A stretch of DNA of 64,000 nt from Rhynchobatus australiae (Eukaryota), in the NCBI GenBank assembly GCA_034780895.1, contig JAUZTB010000074.1, positions 13,047,631 to 13,111,630 of the forward strand, in the 5' to 3' direction. Positions 1-12,468 of this stretch are shown piece after piece. Position 1 is the first letter of the stretch. Each line of letters begins with the position of its first letter. Below the pieces are notes generated by a model, which did not search any database, was not told where the DNA came from, and worked only from the letters and a program-made list of their open reading frames with translations. A program made the translations under genes and the position numbers.

Positions 1-235
1 TCAGAAATGATTTTCTGACAAGCAGGTACTTCAAATATCTGTTACAATATCAGCACACTGGAAGGTACCAATGATAAAACAGTGATGATGTTTTTGAGGT
101 GAATTCCTTACATCGGGCATGAGTCTTACAACAAGGTCCCTGTTACTGAGAGCAGATCTGAACATTTAACCTTTCAGATATGGTGTTGGGAATAAAGATT
201 CGATTAGCTCAAAAAAGACAAACTAGTTGAGCAAA

Positions 236-364
236 ACGGAGACACAAGAAATTCTGCAATCTGGAGCAATACACAAAAAGTGCTGAAGGAACTCGGCAGG
301 TCAGGCAGCATCTATGGAGGGGAATAAACAATCGACGTTTCAGGCTGAGACCCTTCATCAGGAC
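236..364 (-). mobile_element. Solo Penelope-like pLTR (~129 bp) carrying a hammerhead motif, with 11-bp TSD
   Basis: Same repeat as the 3' end of the PLE at 31670-31870 and the copies at 29010, 44627 and 46705. Flanked by an exact direct repeat agttgagcaaa at 225-235 and 365-375. Confidence 0.85.
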
Positions 365-368
365 AGTT
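327..368 (-). ncRNA. Minimal type I hammerhead ribozyme motif (PLE-type), core intact
   Basis: Minus strand reads AACUGUC-CUGAUGA-AGG gucucag CCU-GAAA-C-GUC^GAUUGUU. Canonical CUGAUGA/GAAA core, 3-bp helix II, helix I 6/7 paired, palindromic ACGU in place of helix III. Predicted cut between 334 and 333. Confidence 0.8.
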
Positions 369-3300
369 GAGCAAATTCTGTAGACTCTGCTCTTTTCCTT
401 GCCCTCTCTCCATTTTTATTCCTGAATTTTGGTTAAAATAAGGCAAAGTGGGGGGAAGTTTCCCCAAGGTAAAAGCAATTTAGCTCTACCATGACAGTTT
501 CACCTCTCCAACCTGTCTCCCCAACACTAGCACCAAACTGACAAAGGAGAAAGCCTTTGGGATATTTTGTTTAAAACAAGTCACATTAAAATCTTTGATT
601 GTAACAATAAATCTTCCAAGCTGCTAAAAATAGCTTGGCAGTAGTTTAGCGGCTTGCTTTTCAACAGGAAGGATAGATGTACTAGGAGTGATCTGTTACT
701 TTCAGAAGGGAACCCTTACTTTCTGCTAACTTACAAGGTGGACTCTGTTTCAAATCAAAGCCATAATGTGGCTGAAAGCCTTGGTTAAAAGCTCACTCTT
801 CAAATATTTAAATTGAAGTTGAAAACAAAACACATGGATATTCAGTAGTTCTTTAATTCTACCCTACATGTGAAATAATGCAAAGTGAGTTTCCCATGCC
901 CAATTAAGAGAGAATGCAGTTAAACAAAAATATATGCCGCATTTAGGACTTGCTCTTACATACTACTAGTTAAAAGAGCTGGCTGGATAAAATAGTCAGT
1001 ACACAGCATTAAAAAAAATCTTTTTCCTTTCACCTTAAGTCAAAGCATAATTTATCCAAATGTATTTTTAACTGCAAAATTTAAATATTTGTGAAGGGTA
1101 AGCCTTTAGACTCGTAGCAGTAAAGCCTTTGTTAGATTGTCTTGAAGTAACATAATTTCATGCTATGTTGCCACTTTGAGAGACGAATGTGTAAAGGGTC
1201 AAAGTTAAGTCTGACTCTGTATTTGGCCTGGCACCAGAACTCTGGAGACAGCACAGTCTTGAATGATGAATGGTCAGTTTTGTTTGTTTGTGTTGATAGT
1301 ATTTTACTGAACCAGTTAGGGTTTTATCAAGTGTTTATATAAAAATTTACACAACATGTTTTGACTTTCTTGAGCTAAGGGTTTTAAGTGTTAATTTTAG
1401 GAGTGCTCTTTTAACATTTGAAGAAGAGTAGGGATTGTGGCAACAAATTTAAAAGACTACACATTTATTACAAATACTGCCTGCCCCGTGTAACCTTCTC
1501 CTGGAAAATTTAACATTTTTGAAATAAATATGGTGCATTCCAAACACTGTCTCCTTTGCATTGAAGCTAATTTCTGAAAATACAGCAGCAAAGTTAAATG
1601 ACATTCTCCTACCCATGTCCAAATGCAGCTCTTTAACTGCTGATGCACTTCATTCCATGATCAGATTCAGTGCTGCAGATGGGAGTTCCCGATTTACTGC
1701 AGGAATTCCCACTTGGGGCACTGAGAGCTGCCCCAGAACAAAGCACCAGTGTCAATGAGAAATACATCAGCTCAGAATCACAGTTTAAGTTCCAAATAGA
1801 AAATTAGCCAAGGGTGACATATCTCTAAGCTGTTTGGCTGCACACAGATCAGCATTTATTTTCTCTACTATCAACAGTTTTGCACGACATCTTTCTCTCC
1901 CCCTCTTTGGGCACTCTTTCCCCCCACTGTTTAGTTCCAATAATGGACACTTTACTTCTGGGTGTGTACTATCACCTATATCTCGCTCAGTTCATTGCTG
2001 CCAGCTCCACATTGTCATTTTGTACCTACCCTTTACCTTGACTTACTTCACTTTCCATTTACTGTTTGTTTCTTCCTGCACTCTTCACTTTCTGCCCCTG
2101 TTCCAATGCTGCTTCCTGCCTGCTGCTGTCCTGAAGAAAGGAATATAGGTGCAAGTGGAACATCAAACTGAATGAAAAACAGTTCTGACATTGAGTGATG
2201 GAGAAACTTGTGTGACTATGTGCACAAAACCTTAATGGGTACACCTTTAATGTGCTGACAACCCTTGCAATTCCAGTCTAAAATACAGTACTGCTCCTCC
2301 CAACTCTACTTCCTCGTCCATTATTTCAGAACACAGGCTCACAAGGTACAGCAATAGTCACCATCATTGGGAGGTGTGGAGTTGGCTGGAGGGGAAAAAA
2401 TCACTTAAGTAAATAAAGTCTTTAGCACCAAATGAAGAACAAAAATAGCAGGCATGAAGAGTGTGATAAAGGTCGAGCATTCAATGGTTCTCAGTACCAG
2501 ATAGATGGGACATGTATGCTTGAAACATTTGTGTTCTCAACCTGTCAAAGTTGTCAGTCTGCTGCCTCTTACCCAGCACTCAGAGATCGTCACAGTTCAT
2601 TAAATGCATGGCCATGCAACAGCTTGGCATCTCTTCAAGGCTGCAACATTTCTGATGTTCAATATGCAATTTATCTGAATAACTGTTGTCAAACCTATTT
2701 AAAAGGCTTTTCTGAGACAAGGGTGGTAAAAACTTTTACAGAAGTCACACTGGAAATGTTTGGCACTGTGCTCACAGCGGTGAAGTTGAAGTCAGAGGCT
2801 TCTTTCAGAATGAGGAGTTATATCATTCTTTATCTTGTTCACTTGACCTTAAACCACCATGCACCTGAGCAATGAAGTATCCTGCATAAGAACTGTAAAA
2901 GCTGCGTCTGGCAAGCAGCAGGCTGACATTTCTTTCTCTTGGCAACATAAAAGAATCACCCACAAGAGTTCAACAACAACATAGCACACTGCTTCGGTTA
3001 ATTTGCCCGCTGGAAGTACCAGACAAATATAGCTGCGCTCTCGAGAATTGGGTTTGGAGGATGTGTATTGGGCAAAGTGCTGAGCCCACATGAACAAGAA
3101 TGTTTGACCTTCCTCAGCTGCAGAGCACAAGTGGTTGTGTCTTAGAAATACCGTTTATTAAACCAGACAGTTATGGCAGGATTGTCTACTGTAAAACACA
3201 CTGAAAAGAAAGTGACTAAAGTGCAGAACATTTGCTGTATTGCAGGAAAACTTATCACCACCTCATTTAACTTTGGAAGGATGGTGTCTCCAGCAACAGA

Positions 3301-3437
3301 GATCCCCAAGTCATTTGGGGTTCCTCTCATGAATACAAAGTCTGTTGCTATAGACACTTCTGTCATATCAATAAAATCATTGTGCAGTTTCTCTACACTC
3401 CTAGCTGTATAAATTCCATACAGCTCTGAAGACAATG

Positions 3438-3572
3438 TACAGGCTGTCCCTGGGTTATGAACACCCAATTTATGGACACCCCCATACATTAATGAGCTCC
3501 CATAATATGACTAAATTCAAAAGTCTGACATACATGCCTACATTCATTCCTCTGAACAGCAGACCTAGTTTC
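3438..3572 (+). mobile_element. Tc1/mariner (Tigger/pogo-like) DNA transposon end
   Basis: TA followed by caggctgtccctgggttatgaacacccaatttatggacacc, resembling Tigger-type TIRs (CAGGTtGTCCCCGgGTTACGAAC with CpG decay). Runs into an N gap; no second TIR seen. Confidence 0.55.
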
Positions 3573-4099
3573 NNNNNNNNNNNNNNNNNNNNNNNNNNNN
3601 NNNNNNNNNNNNNNNNNNNCTTTTGGTGTCATTCATTACAATACCATGGAGGTATAGTTACCATATCATGCGATTTTGTCTATTTTCTGACAAATGGACA
3701 AGATTGGCTAATGGACATCTGTAAAAACAGAACCCATTCATTATCTGGGGATGGCCAATAGATGGAATTCCAATCATGGGGCACAGTGAGGTAACAATGT
3801 CTCAATGCAATGCTTCATTTTGCTCATTCCGCACCAGTGCTGGTAAAAATGAATGTGTTGCCCATTTAGTCATCCAAGTCATAATTAGATACATAGGCTC
3901 CACTGACATAGAGCTGGTTCACAAATCCCCAAAATTCCAGTTCCCACTCAGCCAATTCATGCCAACAAATTTCTGCTGTTGTTAGCTGAAATTTCTGCAG
4001 AGGAATTTAATTGGAATAAATGTGTTTCTTACCTGAAATGGAAGGTGGCATCGTTAGGCTTGGTTCTGTGAAATAAGCCAGGCCACGTGGAGCAAACAT

Positions 4100-4410
4100 T
4101 AGTGGTAATGACTATCATAGCATCATAAGGTTGAGAATGGCCACAGGGAAGCAAATAGAACTTCAATGTGAAAATTGTCAATTGGGCAAGGGACAATTTC
4201 AATGGGATGAGAACAGATCTGGCCTGGGTAAAGTGGAATCGAAGAGGAGCAGACATAACTTTAACCGAAATGGGGGGAATTTTGAGGTCGAAATGTTTCA
4301 ACTACAGTCCAGGGACATTTCTACGAGGGAGAAGGGTAGGGAAATTGAAGTCAGAGCTCTCCAGATGAGCAAATGGATAGAGAGAGAAACAGAAAAGAAA
4401 GAGCTTTGAC
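4100..4410 (+). mobile_element. CR1 LINE ORF2 fragment (EN-RT linker)
   Basis: ORF 4168-4368 KIVNWARDNFNGMRTDLAWVKW resembles the CR1 KVLNWGKANFDGMRxDLAxVDW segment. Confidence 0.75.
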
Positions 4411-6419
4411 AAAATGCAGTCTAAGCAATATTTTGTACAGGTTCAAGTTAATTTCTCTGTTTTTGTTGCTCCTTCACACAACAGAAAATGATTTTAACAG
4501 ATATCCTTGTGTGGATATTAAAGTAATTTGCTTAAATGCCATAATTAATTTCTTAGTTCCCTGGATGCAGGACTAATTACCAGAAAACATTACAATATAT
4601 TTTACAACAACAATTTAATATGTTGTGCTTTTGATTGTAAGCCTCAGGAATCCTAGTCTGTCTCTTAAGATCTTGACTTCCTCCTATTCTTGCTCTACAA
4701 GTGTTCTATGCTGGGAATACTGATTTTGAAAGTTAGTGTCTTGCCTCATCAATTATCCATTCCCACTCAATAGCTCCAGTTTAATACCTCTCCATAGACT
4801 ATCAAGAAAGGACAAAAATGAAAATTGGATCTTATATTGAAACATCATGTTGCCACTGAAGGTATATTGGTACATTCATGTAAAATTGTCTGGTAGACAC
4901 TACACATATTGACTCTGAAATATTATCTACCAGATTCACAAAATTAGTTATGTCAAACCAAGATGAAATTACCTTGTAATGAAGCATTTCAGTATGTTAA
5001 CTGGTCATCATTTCCCTGCCTAAAACTCTTGATCATAGAGACTGTAGTTCCAAATGAGACTAAGTCAAAGTGAATACCATGAACTACAACTTACTAAACA
5101 TCTATTATAAACCACTGTTAGAAGTGTATGCATTGTACACATCAGTTCACCGGTTATCAGTCAGGATGGCCTTGTGACAAAGAAATCAATGCACCTGGTT
5201 AACATTTCAAGAGTTCATTTGAGATGGGTTTCTGATGTTTGGAGGTAATTCACAAATTGCTAATTTGCCATCTAAGTGGCAGCAATTAGTGTCATGTCTG
5301 CTTCTATAAATGGGTTATTAAATGAAATGGGTATATACTCCAGTGTAAATGGGACATTTGGCAATAATTACTGTTCTAATATGATTTCCTGGTTTTGGAA
5401 ATTAAATATGTAGTAAAGTCTAGAATTCAGCCAAGCAAGAATATTTACTGGGAAAAATGAAGACAGTCTGATGAACTTAGAATTACAGCTCAGCTTTTCT
5501 ATAGATGCTTTGTCAAGCTTGGCTTCGTGCTGCTAGTTATCATGGCTAATAAGATTGATGGTGACAACTACAATTACCACAGATGAGATAGTTTGCTTTG
5601 TAGCTTACAATGCAAGCAAAGCACAAACTTGACTGCATTGCTCATTCTTTCTGAACAAAAGCAAGTGAGTAATACAGTATTGCTCCAGAAAGTAAGTGCA
5701 AAATATCAAATATGATTTCACTCTGCAGAAATTAACAATGTTAAACATGTTTTGGTGCGTGTGTCATGGTGAAACAGGTTATTCCAACCATGCTTACACT
5801 CTTTGTTTTAATTTGGATTACAGACTCGTAAGGAGACATTACTCATTTTCAGGCTTTGTTTTTCTCACTCGTAGTTCACATCAGGGCAGATGGAGCAAGC
5901 CCAAAATGAACGACTCTCGCGGTTCTTTTTCTTTCCTTCCCGATCATCCCTGCGGCTGATTAATTTATAGGGCTTTCGTGAAATATTTGTTCTTCACTTG
6001 AAGACAATAAACAGTCCAAAGCCTCACTTAAAAATTCAGAATGAGAATGTCAGCTTTATGACTGGTTTCTTCACCATTTTCATCCACATTCTCTTGAATT
6101 CTCTTCTTTTGCTGAAAAGTTCTCATTTCTTACTGGGATACATATTCCACAGGGAACACACTACCTCTGGTACTGTGGCTCAATGGTTACTCTTCTGTAT
6201 GAGCTGAGAGAGAGTGCATTCGCAGGTACATCAGCTACAGGGAATGCGTGGCTTATCCTAGCTCCTGGAATGCTATTTTAACCCTGTGTGACTCATTAGC
6301 AGTGTAATATTAGTCTGTCATTGACTGTCGTGGATAGTTGGAAAGGATTCAGGGGAAAAATATGAGTTGAGGCCAGCACTCAATGCATTACTGTAAGCTG
6401 AAGCTTTCTGTATAGTACT

Positions 6420-6520
6420 GATGCAGAAGTGTGTGGGTATATGGAGCTTGGATATAGATTAACCATGACCTCAGTGAGTGGCAGAACAAGCCTGAGGGAC
6501 TAAATGACCTACTCCTTTAC
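6420..6520 (+). mobile_element. CR1 3' tail fragment
   Basis: gattaaccatgacctcagtgagtggcagaacaagcctgagggactaaatgacctactcct resembles the CR1 3' UTR (gatcagccatgatc...gaggggctgaatggcctactcct). Confidence 0.65.
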
Positions 6521-7711
6521 ACTGTTTCCTTGAAATGCAGCTGAGTGATAATGGTTATGTAAAGAATTAATGACTTCAGTAGAGTGTTCACACAAATATG
6601 GTATGGAGCATTACGGCTAGAGCTGGACAAATGCTGGCTGCTGCAAACAAGCTCATAATTAACTGAATTAACTAATAATATGTGAGTTTTTCCTTGATAT
6701 CTTGATTTCAGAAAAGTCATATCAAATGGCTCACCCTTACCCTTTAGTCAGAATGGGATGAAATTTAATGAAGTCCAATAACTGCTGTGATCATGAAATG
6801 GCTTTATAGCAGAGATTTTAGGACACGATGGGAGCTACTATGTGCTCTCATGTAGCTAATATTATGGGGTGATATGGGCATAGCTTAGGGTATTTCAATT
6901 CCTGCTCATTTCTAGAACTGAATGTTGGGTCAGGGATTGGTCTGATGTAGCACTTATCTGTTACTATGGAACAGGAGCAGCGTCAGTGATTGGTCCCATC
7001 AGACTTTGCTTCTGGTGTACTGGAATAGATTACTGTATAAAATACTAATTCACCTACTCATTTATCCATGTCATTTTTTTGGAAATAAATTAACTCTTAT
7101 TAACTTTACTAATAAAGTCACATTAAACACTACACATTAATAGAAAATCAGAATAATTACAAATTAGTCAGCAGTAATCATAACCCATATACAGGACAGC
7201 AGTTGTTCAAGAGCAAAGATTAATTGTGATAATTTAATTGAAAATCTATTACTTTAGAACTTATAATTGCAAGTACAAATGAAAAATGCCTATGTTACAG
7301 CCATCCATTGTTTTTATAATTTATTTCAACTGTAATTTGTGCCAGTTGTTTCAAGCTTGTCTGATTTATTTATTTCCCCCTAGGGTTTTTTTAGCTGCAC
7401 TTTCAATTGTGTCTCCTTTCCTCTCATTGGTTTACTTACTGATCATGGACAAATACATTTGGCCAATCAAGTTTGTGTCCATTCTTCTTCTCAGCAATGC
7501 AACTAATCTCAATCCACTGCTCTGCAATTTTCTTTGATCTATTTCTACCTAATGGCTGTAATTGGAGCTGTACCCTGTATCATTTCAGGGAATACATTTT
7601 TCTTTTCAGAGTCTCTGCTTCTTTTGTCTCTTCTGGTAATTAACCATTACAGGCACATTTTATTTTAACTGAAGCTGACGTGATTATGAACACCTCTATC
7701 AAACCGGCTCA

Positions 7712-8596
7712 GTCAAACAACGACAGGACAGAGTACAGGAAGGGAATAGAGTGGCATGGTGTCAAGGCAAGAACTTTTTCCTCAATGTCGGTAAGAGAAA
7801 AGAGCTAGTCATTGACTACAGGAAGTGGGCACAATACACACCCCTGTATATATTAATGGTGCTGAGGTGGACCTGGTTGAGAACTTCAAGTTCCTATGTA
7901 TAAATATCACCAATAATTTGTCCTGGTCCAGCCACATGGACACCATGGCCAAGAAGGTGCACCAGCGCCTTTACTTTCTCAGAAGGTTAAGGAAATTTGG
8001 CATGTTCCCGATGACTTTCACCAATCTTTATAGATGCACCTTAGCAAGCATCCTATCTGGATGCATCACAGCTTGGTATGGCAACTTCTTTGCTGAAGAC
8101 TGCAAGAAATTGCAGCGAGTTGTGAATGCAGCCTAGTCCATCACACAAACTAGCCTCTCCTCCATGGACTCTATCTAAACTCCCCGCAGCCTCAGGACAG
8201 TAGCCAACATAACCAAGGGACACTCCCACCCCAGTCATTCCCTCTTCCCCCTCCTCCCATTGGGCAGATGATACAAATGCTTGAGAACACATACCACCAG
8301 GCTCAAGAACAGCTTCTATCCTGCTGTTACAAGACTCTTGAATGGACCTCTTGTATGATAAAACTAACTCTTGGTCTCTCAGTCAACCTCGGCATGGCCT
8401 TTGCACTTTGTCTACCTGCTGTGTACTTTCTCTATAACTGCAACACTATATTCTGCATTATATTTTTCTTCCCTTTTGTACTACCTCGATGTACTTATGT
8501 ATGGAATGATCTGTCTGGATAGCATGCAAACAAAAGCTTTTCACTGTATCTCGGTACATGTGACAATAATAAACCAATTACCAATGACCAATTACC
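7712..8596 (+). mobile_element. Rex1/Babar LINE, 5'-truncated (RT C-terminus + 3' UTR)
   Basis: ORF 7825-8136 VENFKFLCINITNNLSWSSH...KKVHQRLYFLRRLRKFGM...SILSGCITAWYGN...KKLQRVV is typical Rex1/Babar. Ends in aataataaa plus a (ccaatta)n-like tail. Confidence 0.9.
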
Positions 8597-9044
8597 TTCC
8601 CTGCTCTGAGAAGAACATCAGCAGTTTCTGAAGCAATTTCCTTGCCCCGGAAATATTTTATCAAATCTCTGATATCCTCCCCACTGTCTAAACACCCTTC
8701 AGAAAATGCAGTGCTCATGTACTCTATTTCAGGCTCAGTGAGTATCTGAGGTAGTTTTAGAAAAGACAGCCTGGCTTTTGTATTTCATAAAAGCATAGGC
8801 TCCCATTTATTTTATTGACTGTTTTTTTAAATATCTCTTTTACACAAATCTCATTCTCTCACCTCTGTTCCACTTTGTTTTTCTTGTCTTCTTGTTTTTT
8901 TTTAACTCTCCTCCATTNNNNNNNNNNCATTTATAATCCCCCCATTTTTCAGAATTCTGTTTTTTGGGTCTCCATATTCACCCTTGATTGCACTGCAATC
9001 TTTCCAACATTCTGCTGTTTTCCACTCATCCTTGTATTTATTGT

Positions 9045-9150
9045 TAGTATTTATTTATTATTACCATGTATACTATTTACTCTGTGAACTCCATGCAAAC
9101 AAGAGATTTCACTGCACCCTGGTGTATACGACAATAAACTAATCTGATCT
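9045..9150 (+). mobile_element. Rex1/Babar-like 3' UTR fragment
   Basis: atgcaaacaagagatttcactgcaccctggtgtatacgacaataaactaatctgatct parallels the 8520-8580 tail. Confidence 0.6.
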
Positions 9151-10171
9151 TTCCTTTCAATCTGCACAGTCTAACAACTATTTTATTTACTCTTTCTAGG
9201 CATTGCAGTATCAAAGGCATGGCTTCTCACCATGATTCACCTGCAGGCACAACCCCAGAGGATGGTTAGCACTCATGAAACAAACTTACAATAGGCTTGC
9301 TTCTGGAAGGGTGGACAAACTAGTTGGGGAGAGGCTTTGTTGAAACGTCAGCACTTGATGAAAGAACATAAGACTGACTGGTATGAAACTTCATTTGTTA
9401 TCAACAGGACAGATCTTTACAAATCTCATATGTTATAAAAGTTACCCTTCTACTGGAAATNNNNNNNNNNACTGACAGTTACAGTTTTACTGGTTTCCTC
9501 ACCTTTCACAAAAATAAAACAAATTCAAAATTCCACGATTCAGCTCTCCCGCACAGTTTTCTTGCTCTCCTCACCCAAGTTGAGGAGTGTTTGCCGAGTT
9601 TCCCTGAACTCTCTGACTCTTTTACTCTACACTGTCTTTGACAATCTTCTAGGTTCCTTTTGTTGTAAAGAGGTAACATTCCCTTTAATTGGCAAGTGGC
9701 ATAGAATTGCCATATGTGTTTAAAATGCCATTTTTTAAATCAATGAATAAAATGATAACAAAATAATGAACTTCTAGTAAAAATCTCTCAAACAATTCAG
9801 CAAAAGAGTGACCAAAACCAGTATTTCTTAATACTCATTAAAAATTCTAAAAAAAGAAAGTAATGCTTATTTCTGTGCAATCATCCCTTAAAGGAAATTC
9901 TGCAGTTTCTTCAGACTCCAAATTTATCTTGTAAAACTCCGAATCTCCATTACTGTCTTTTCCTTCTCTCAGTCATTCATCTAGTCACAAACTGACCTGA
10001 CTTTGTGAAAAGTCAGGAAATTAGGAAAACCACTGTTGGTCACTTGTCTTATCCATNNNNNNNNNNNNNNNNNNNNNNNNNNNNNNNNNNNNNNNNNNNN
10101 NNNNNNNNNNNNNNNNNNNNNNNNNNNNNNNNNNNNNNNNNNNNNNNNNNNNNNNNNNNNNNNNNNNNNNN

Positions 10172-10400
10172 TAATAACACAAAAGCCAAAATACTTCAGA
10201 TGCCAGGAATGTGAAGATATTTGGAAAAAATGCTAAGGATACTCAGTGGATGGAGTAGCTTCTGTGGAACAAGAAAGAGAGGTAATGCTTCAGATGAAAA
10301 CAGTTCTGACAAAAGGTCAAAGACCTGAAACAAATTATTTTTCTCTTCACAGATGCTGCCTGACCTTCTGAGCATTCTTGGCTTCTCTTTTTCTATATGC
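10172..10400. mobile_element. Head-to-head inverted pair of older PLE pLTRs with a decayed hammerhead
   Basis: Left arm (aaatacttcagatgccaggaatgtgaa...tactcagtgga...tctgtgga) is antisense to the right arm (cacagatgctgcctgaccttctgagcattc). Plus strand 10306-10331 reads CTGACAA-A-AGGTC aaa GACCT-GAAAC. Confidence 0.7.
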
Positions 10401-12269
10401 TCTAATCTCTACAACAGCAATTCCTCATTTTCAACCTATACCCTGGCATTCATGATCATTATATACTGAGCCTGCATCTATTATTACTTAAGGGTTTTGA
10501 GGAACATAATCATGTACATTTTCAATGTTTTCCCCCCAGTTAAAACAGCCTTCACAAGTTCTTCAGATTTAAAGGAGATCTGGAATTATCTGTTGATTCT
10601 TCTCCTAACTTCATTGATTTATTTTATTTCCGTGCAGGGAACAAATAGTTTTGAACAATTAGTGAACCCAAGTAGCCTTTGGTGAATGGATGCCCCAGAT
10701 TTTCTTGGTTTGGATATATACAGGAAGAAATTAGCCTTTAGACTGAATGGTACTTTCAGTGTGAGTTCAATAGATAGTGCTGAAGTCATAGAATACTGTG
10801 GTTTGCAAAAAGTGGCCACATATAGTAAAACCACAAAGCAATTAGTAATTTCTGTGACTATAATGCACTTTTGGTCACTTCTGGGTTTCATGAATATTGT
10901 CTGATCATTGTCAAACTTGGTTGTTTTGTCCCAGTTCCCTCCAATCTCCTAGCCATATTACAGCAAAGCAATACATTAGTGGGTGCATTATCACTGACCC
11001 CAAATTGCACTCAGTTGTCAAATGGGTTTGTTTGACATTAGACGTTGTACAGCCATGACAATTGGCTGTTTCTAATAATATACTACTCCTAGTAATAAAT
11101 TCCATATTGTCATACAACTGCGGAGTGCTGCAAACTATGAAGTGCTTTCATACTGTACATGATAATTAACAAAAGATTCTTCAGCAGACTTTTAAAGCAA
11201 CATATTAAAGCCTTGAGGGCCAGTTGGACACCAGTGATGTACTTCAGTAATGAAAGACCCACTGTTGTCAGATTTGACCGATGGACAATAAAGCTTTTAG
11301 TTCTATTAGTGATTAATCAGGTTGCAAATCTAACGGCAAAACTGTTGTTTCTTTTAAGATCTAAGTACTGTCTGGTCAGAATGCATATTTGAGTGAAAAA
11401 ACCCAACAAATTAAGAAATTCATTTCTTAACAATCCATAATCAGTTTACAATCAAAGTTATAGTGAAACAGAATGAGACTTTGAGCATTAGAGGGGCCCC
11501 CATTTGGGAATGTAATAAACTTTAAAATTGCTTAATTTTTCTATTTGAAAGAATGATGCTTATCTTCACTGTTACTTTCATATTCAAAGGTTTGAAAGAG
11601 CTGGTAGAAAATAATTGCTATAACTAAGTGGTGTTACAATCAAGTTATCACCTTTCAAAGTGATTAATTTCAATTTATAATTGTCCTTAATAACAATACA
11701 GAGCAGGTTTAACGCATTGAATGTTTTCTAACTGATTATGAAAACAAACCTTGTTTTATCTAATTGTTTATCAAAACAGAACTTTACTTTTGTCTGTCCT
11801 GATAAGCAAACTACCATTACAGCACTTAGATGAATGCACAGTTTTCATGCCATCTGTTATTTTCATTGTACAAAGCAGAACAACGTAGCAGATGAATCAT
11901 ATTTAAAGCATAAAGTTGTCACTTTGGCTAATATAACATTGATTTCTCACTGTAATGCTCATTGTTATTCCTAATGGTTTACAATTCCATGGCTCAATTG
12001 GCTTGATTAGTGTTTGGATATTTCAATATTTATTAATATAACCTAAAAAAACATTTGCTATTAGCAAAATAAAGCACACACACCATTGTTAAAACTGGAT
12101 TATATTTAAGCCAATAGATGCCAAAACATATTATAGGAATATGAAATAGTTGTAGCTCCATGTGTCTAGAGAATAATTCTCTTGAAATAAGTCACACTCC
12201 ACATTAGAACTGTGAAACAGCTTGCACATCCCAATTTCATTCACCCCAATACTGATGGACAAGATTGGG

Positions 12270-12468
12270 AATTGACTTCCTAAATCTCTACTGCCATCAT
12301 TTCTTTAAGAATCTCCCTAAAACTCTCCTCTTTGGTCAAGCTTTTGGCCACATGTCCTAATATTTGTTTAGTTGGCAGGGCATCAAACTCATGTCTAAAT
12401 GCACTCCGTTGAAATGCTTTATGATGTTTTATGATATTAAAGGCCCTATAAAAACTTAAGTAATTGTC
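12270..12468 (+). mobile_element. L2 LINE 3' end
   Basis: ctcctctttggtcaagcttttggccacatgtcctaata...gaaatgctttatgatgtttta...ttaaaggccctataaaa matches the chondrichthyan L2 3' UTR as remembered. Confidence 0.7.

Noticed and set aside
3142-3489. Olfactory-receptor-like reading of ORF ...DLGISVAGDTILPKL...ISF...QMF
   Set aside because: Only a superficial likeness to TM2-TM3; no LHTPMY or MAYDRY motif and no continuation, and the N-terminus lies in a Tigger-like end.
4029-4301. Minus-strand exon ending in CAG|GTAAGA
   Set aside because: The frame is mostly antisense CR1 sequence and there is no credible acceptor.
6165-6400. Second LF-SINE or tRNA-SINE on the + strand
   Set aside because: Only a tgtggctcaatggtta head and one weak block; too diverged to support.
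9335-9400. gaaacgtc and cttgatga as another hammerhead
   Set aside because: No pairing helices and no pLTR body around the motifs.
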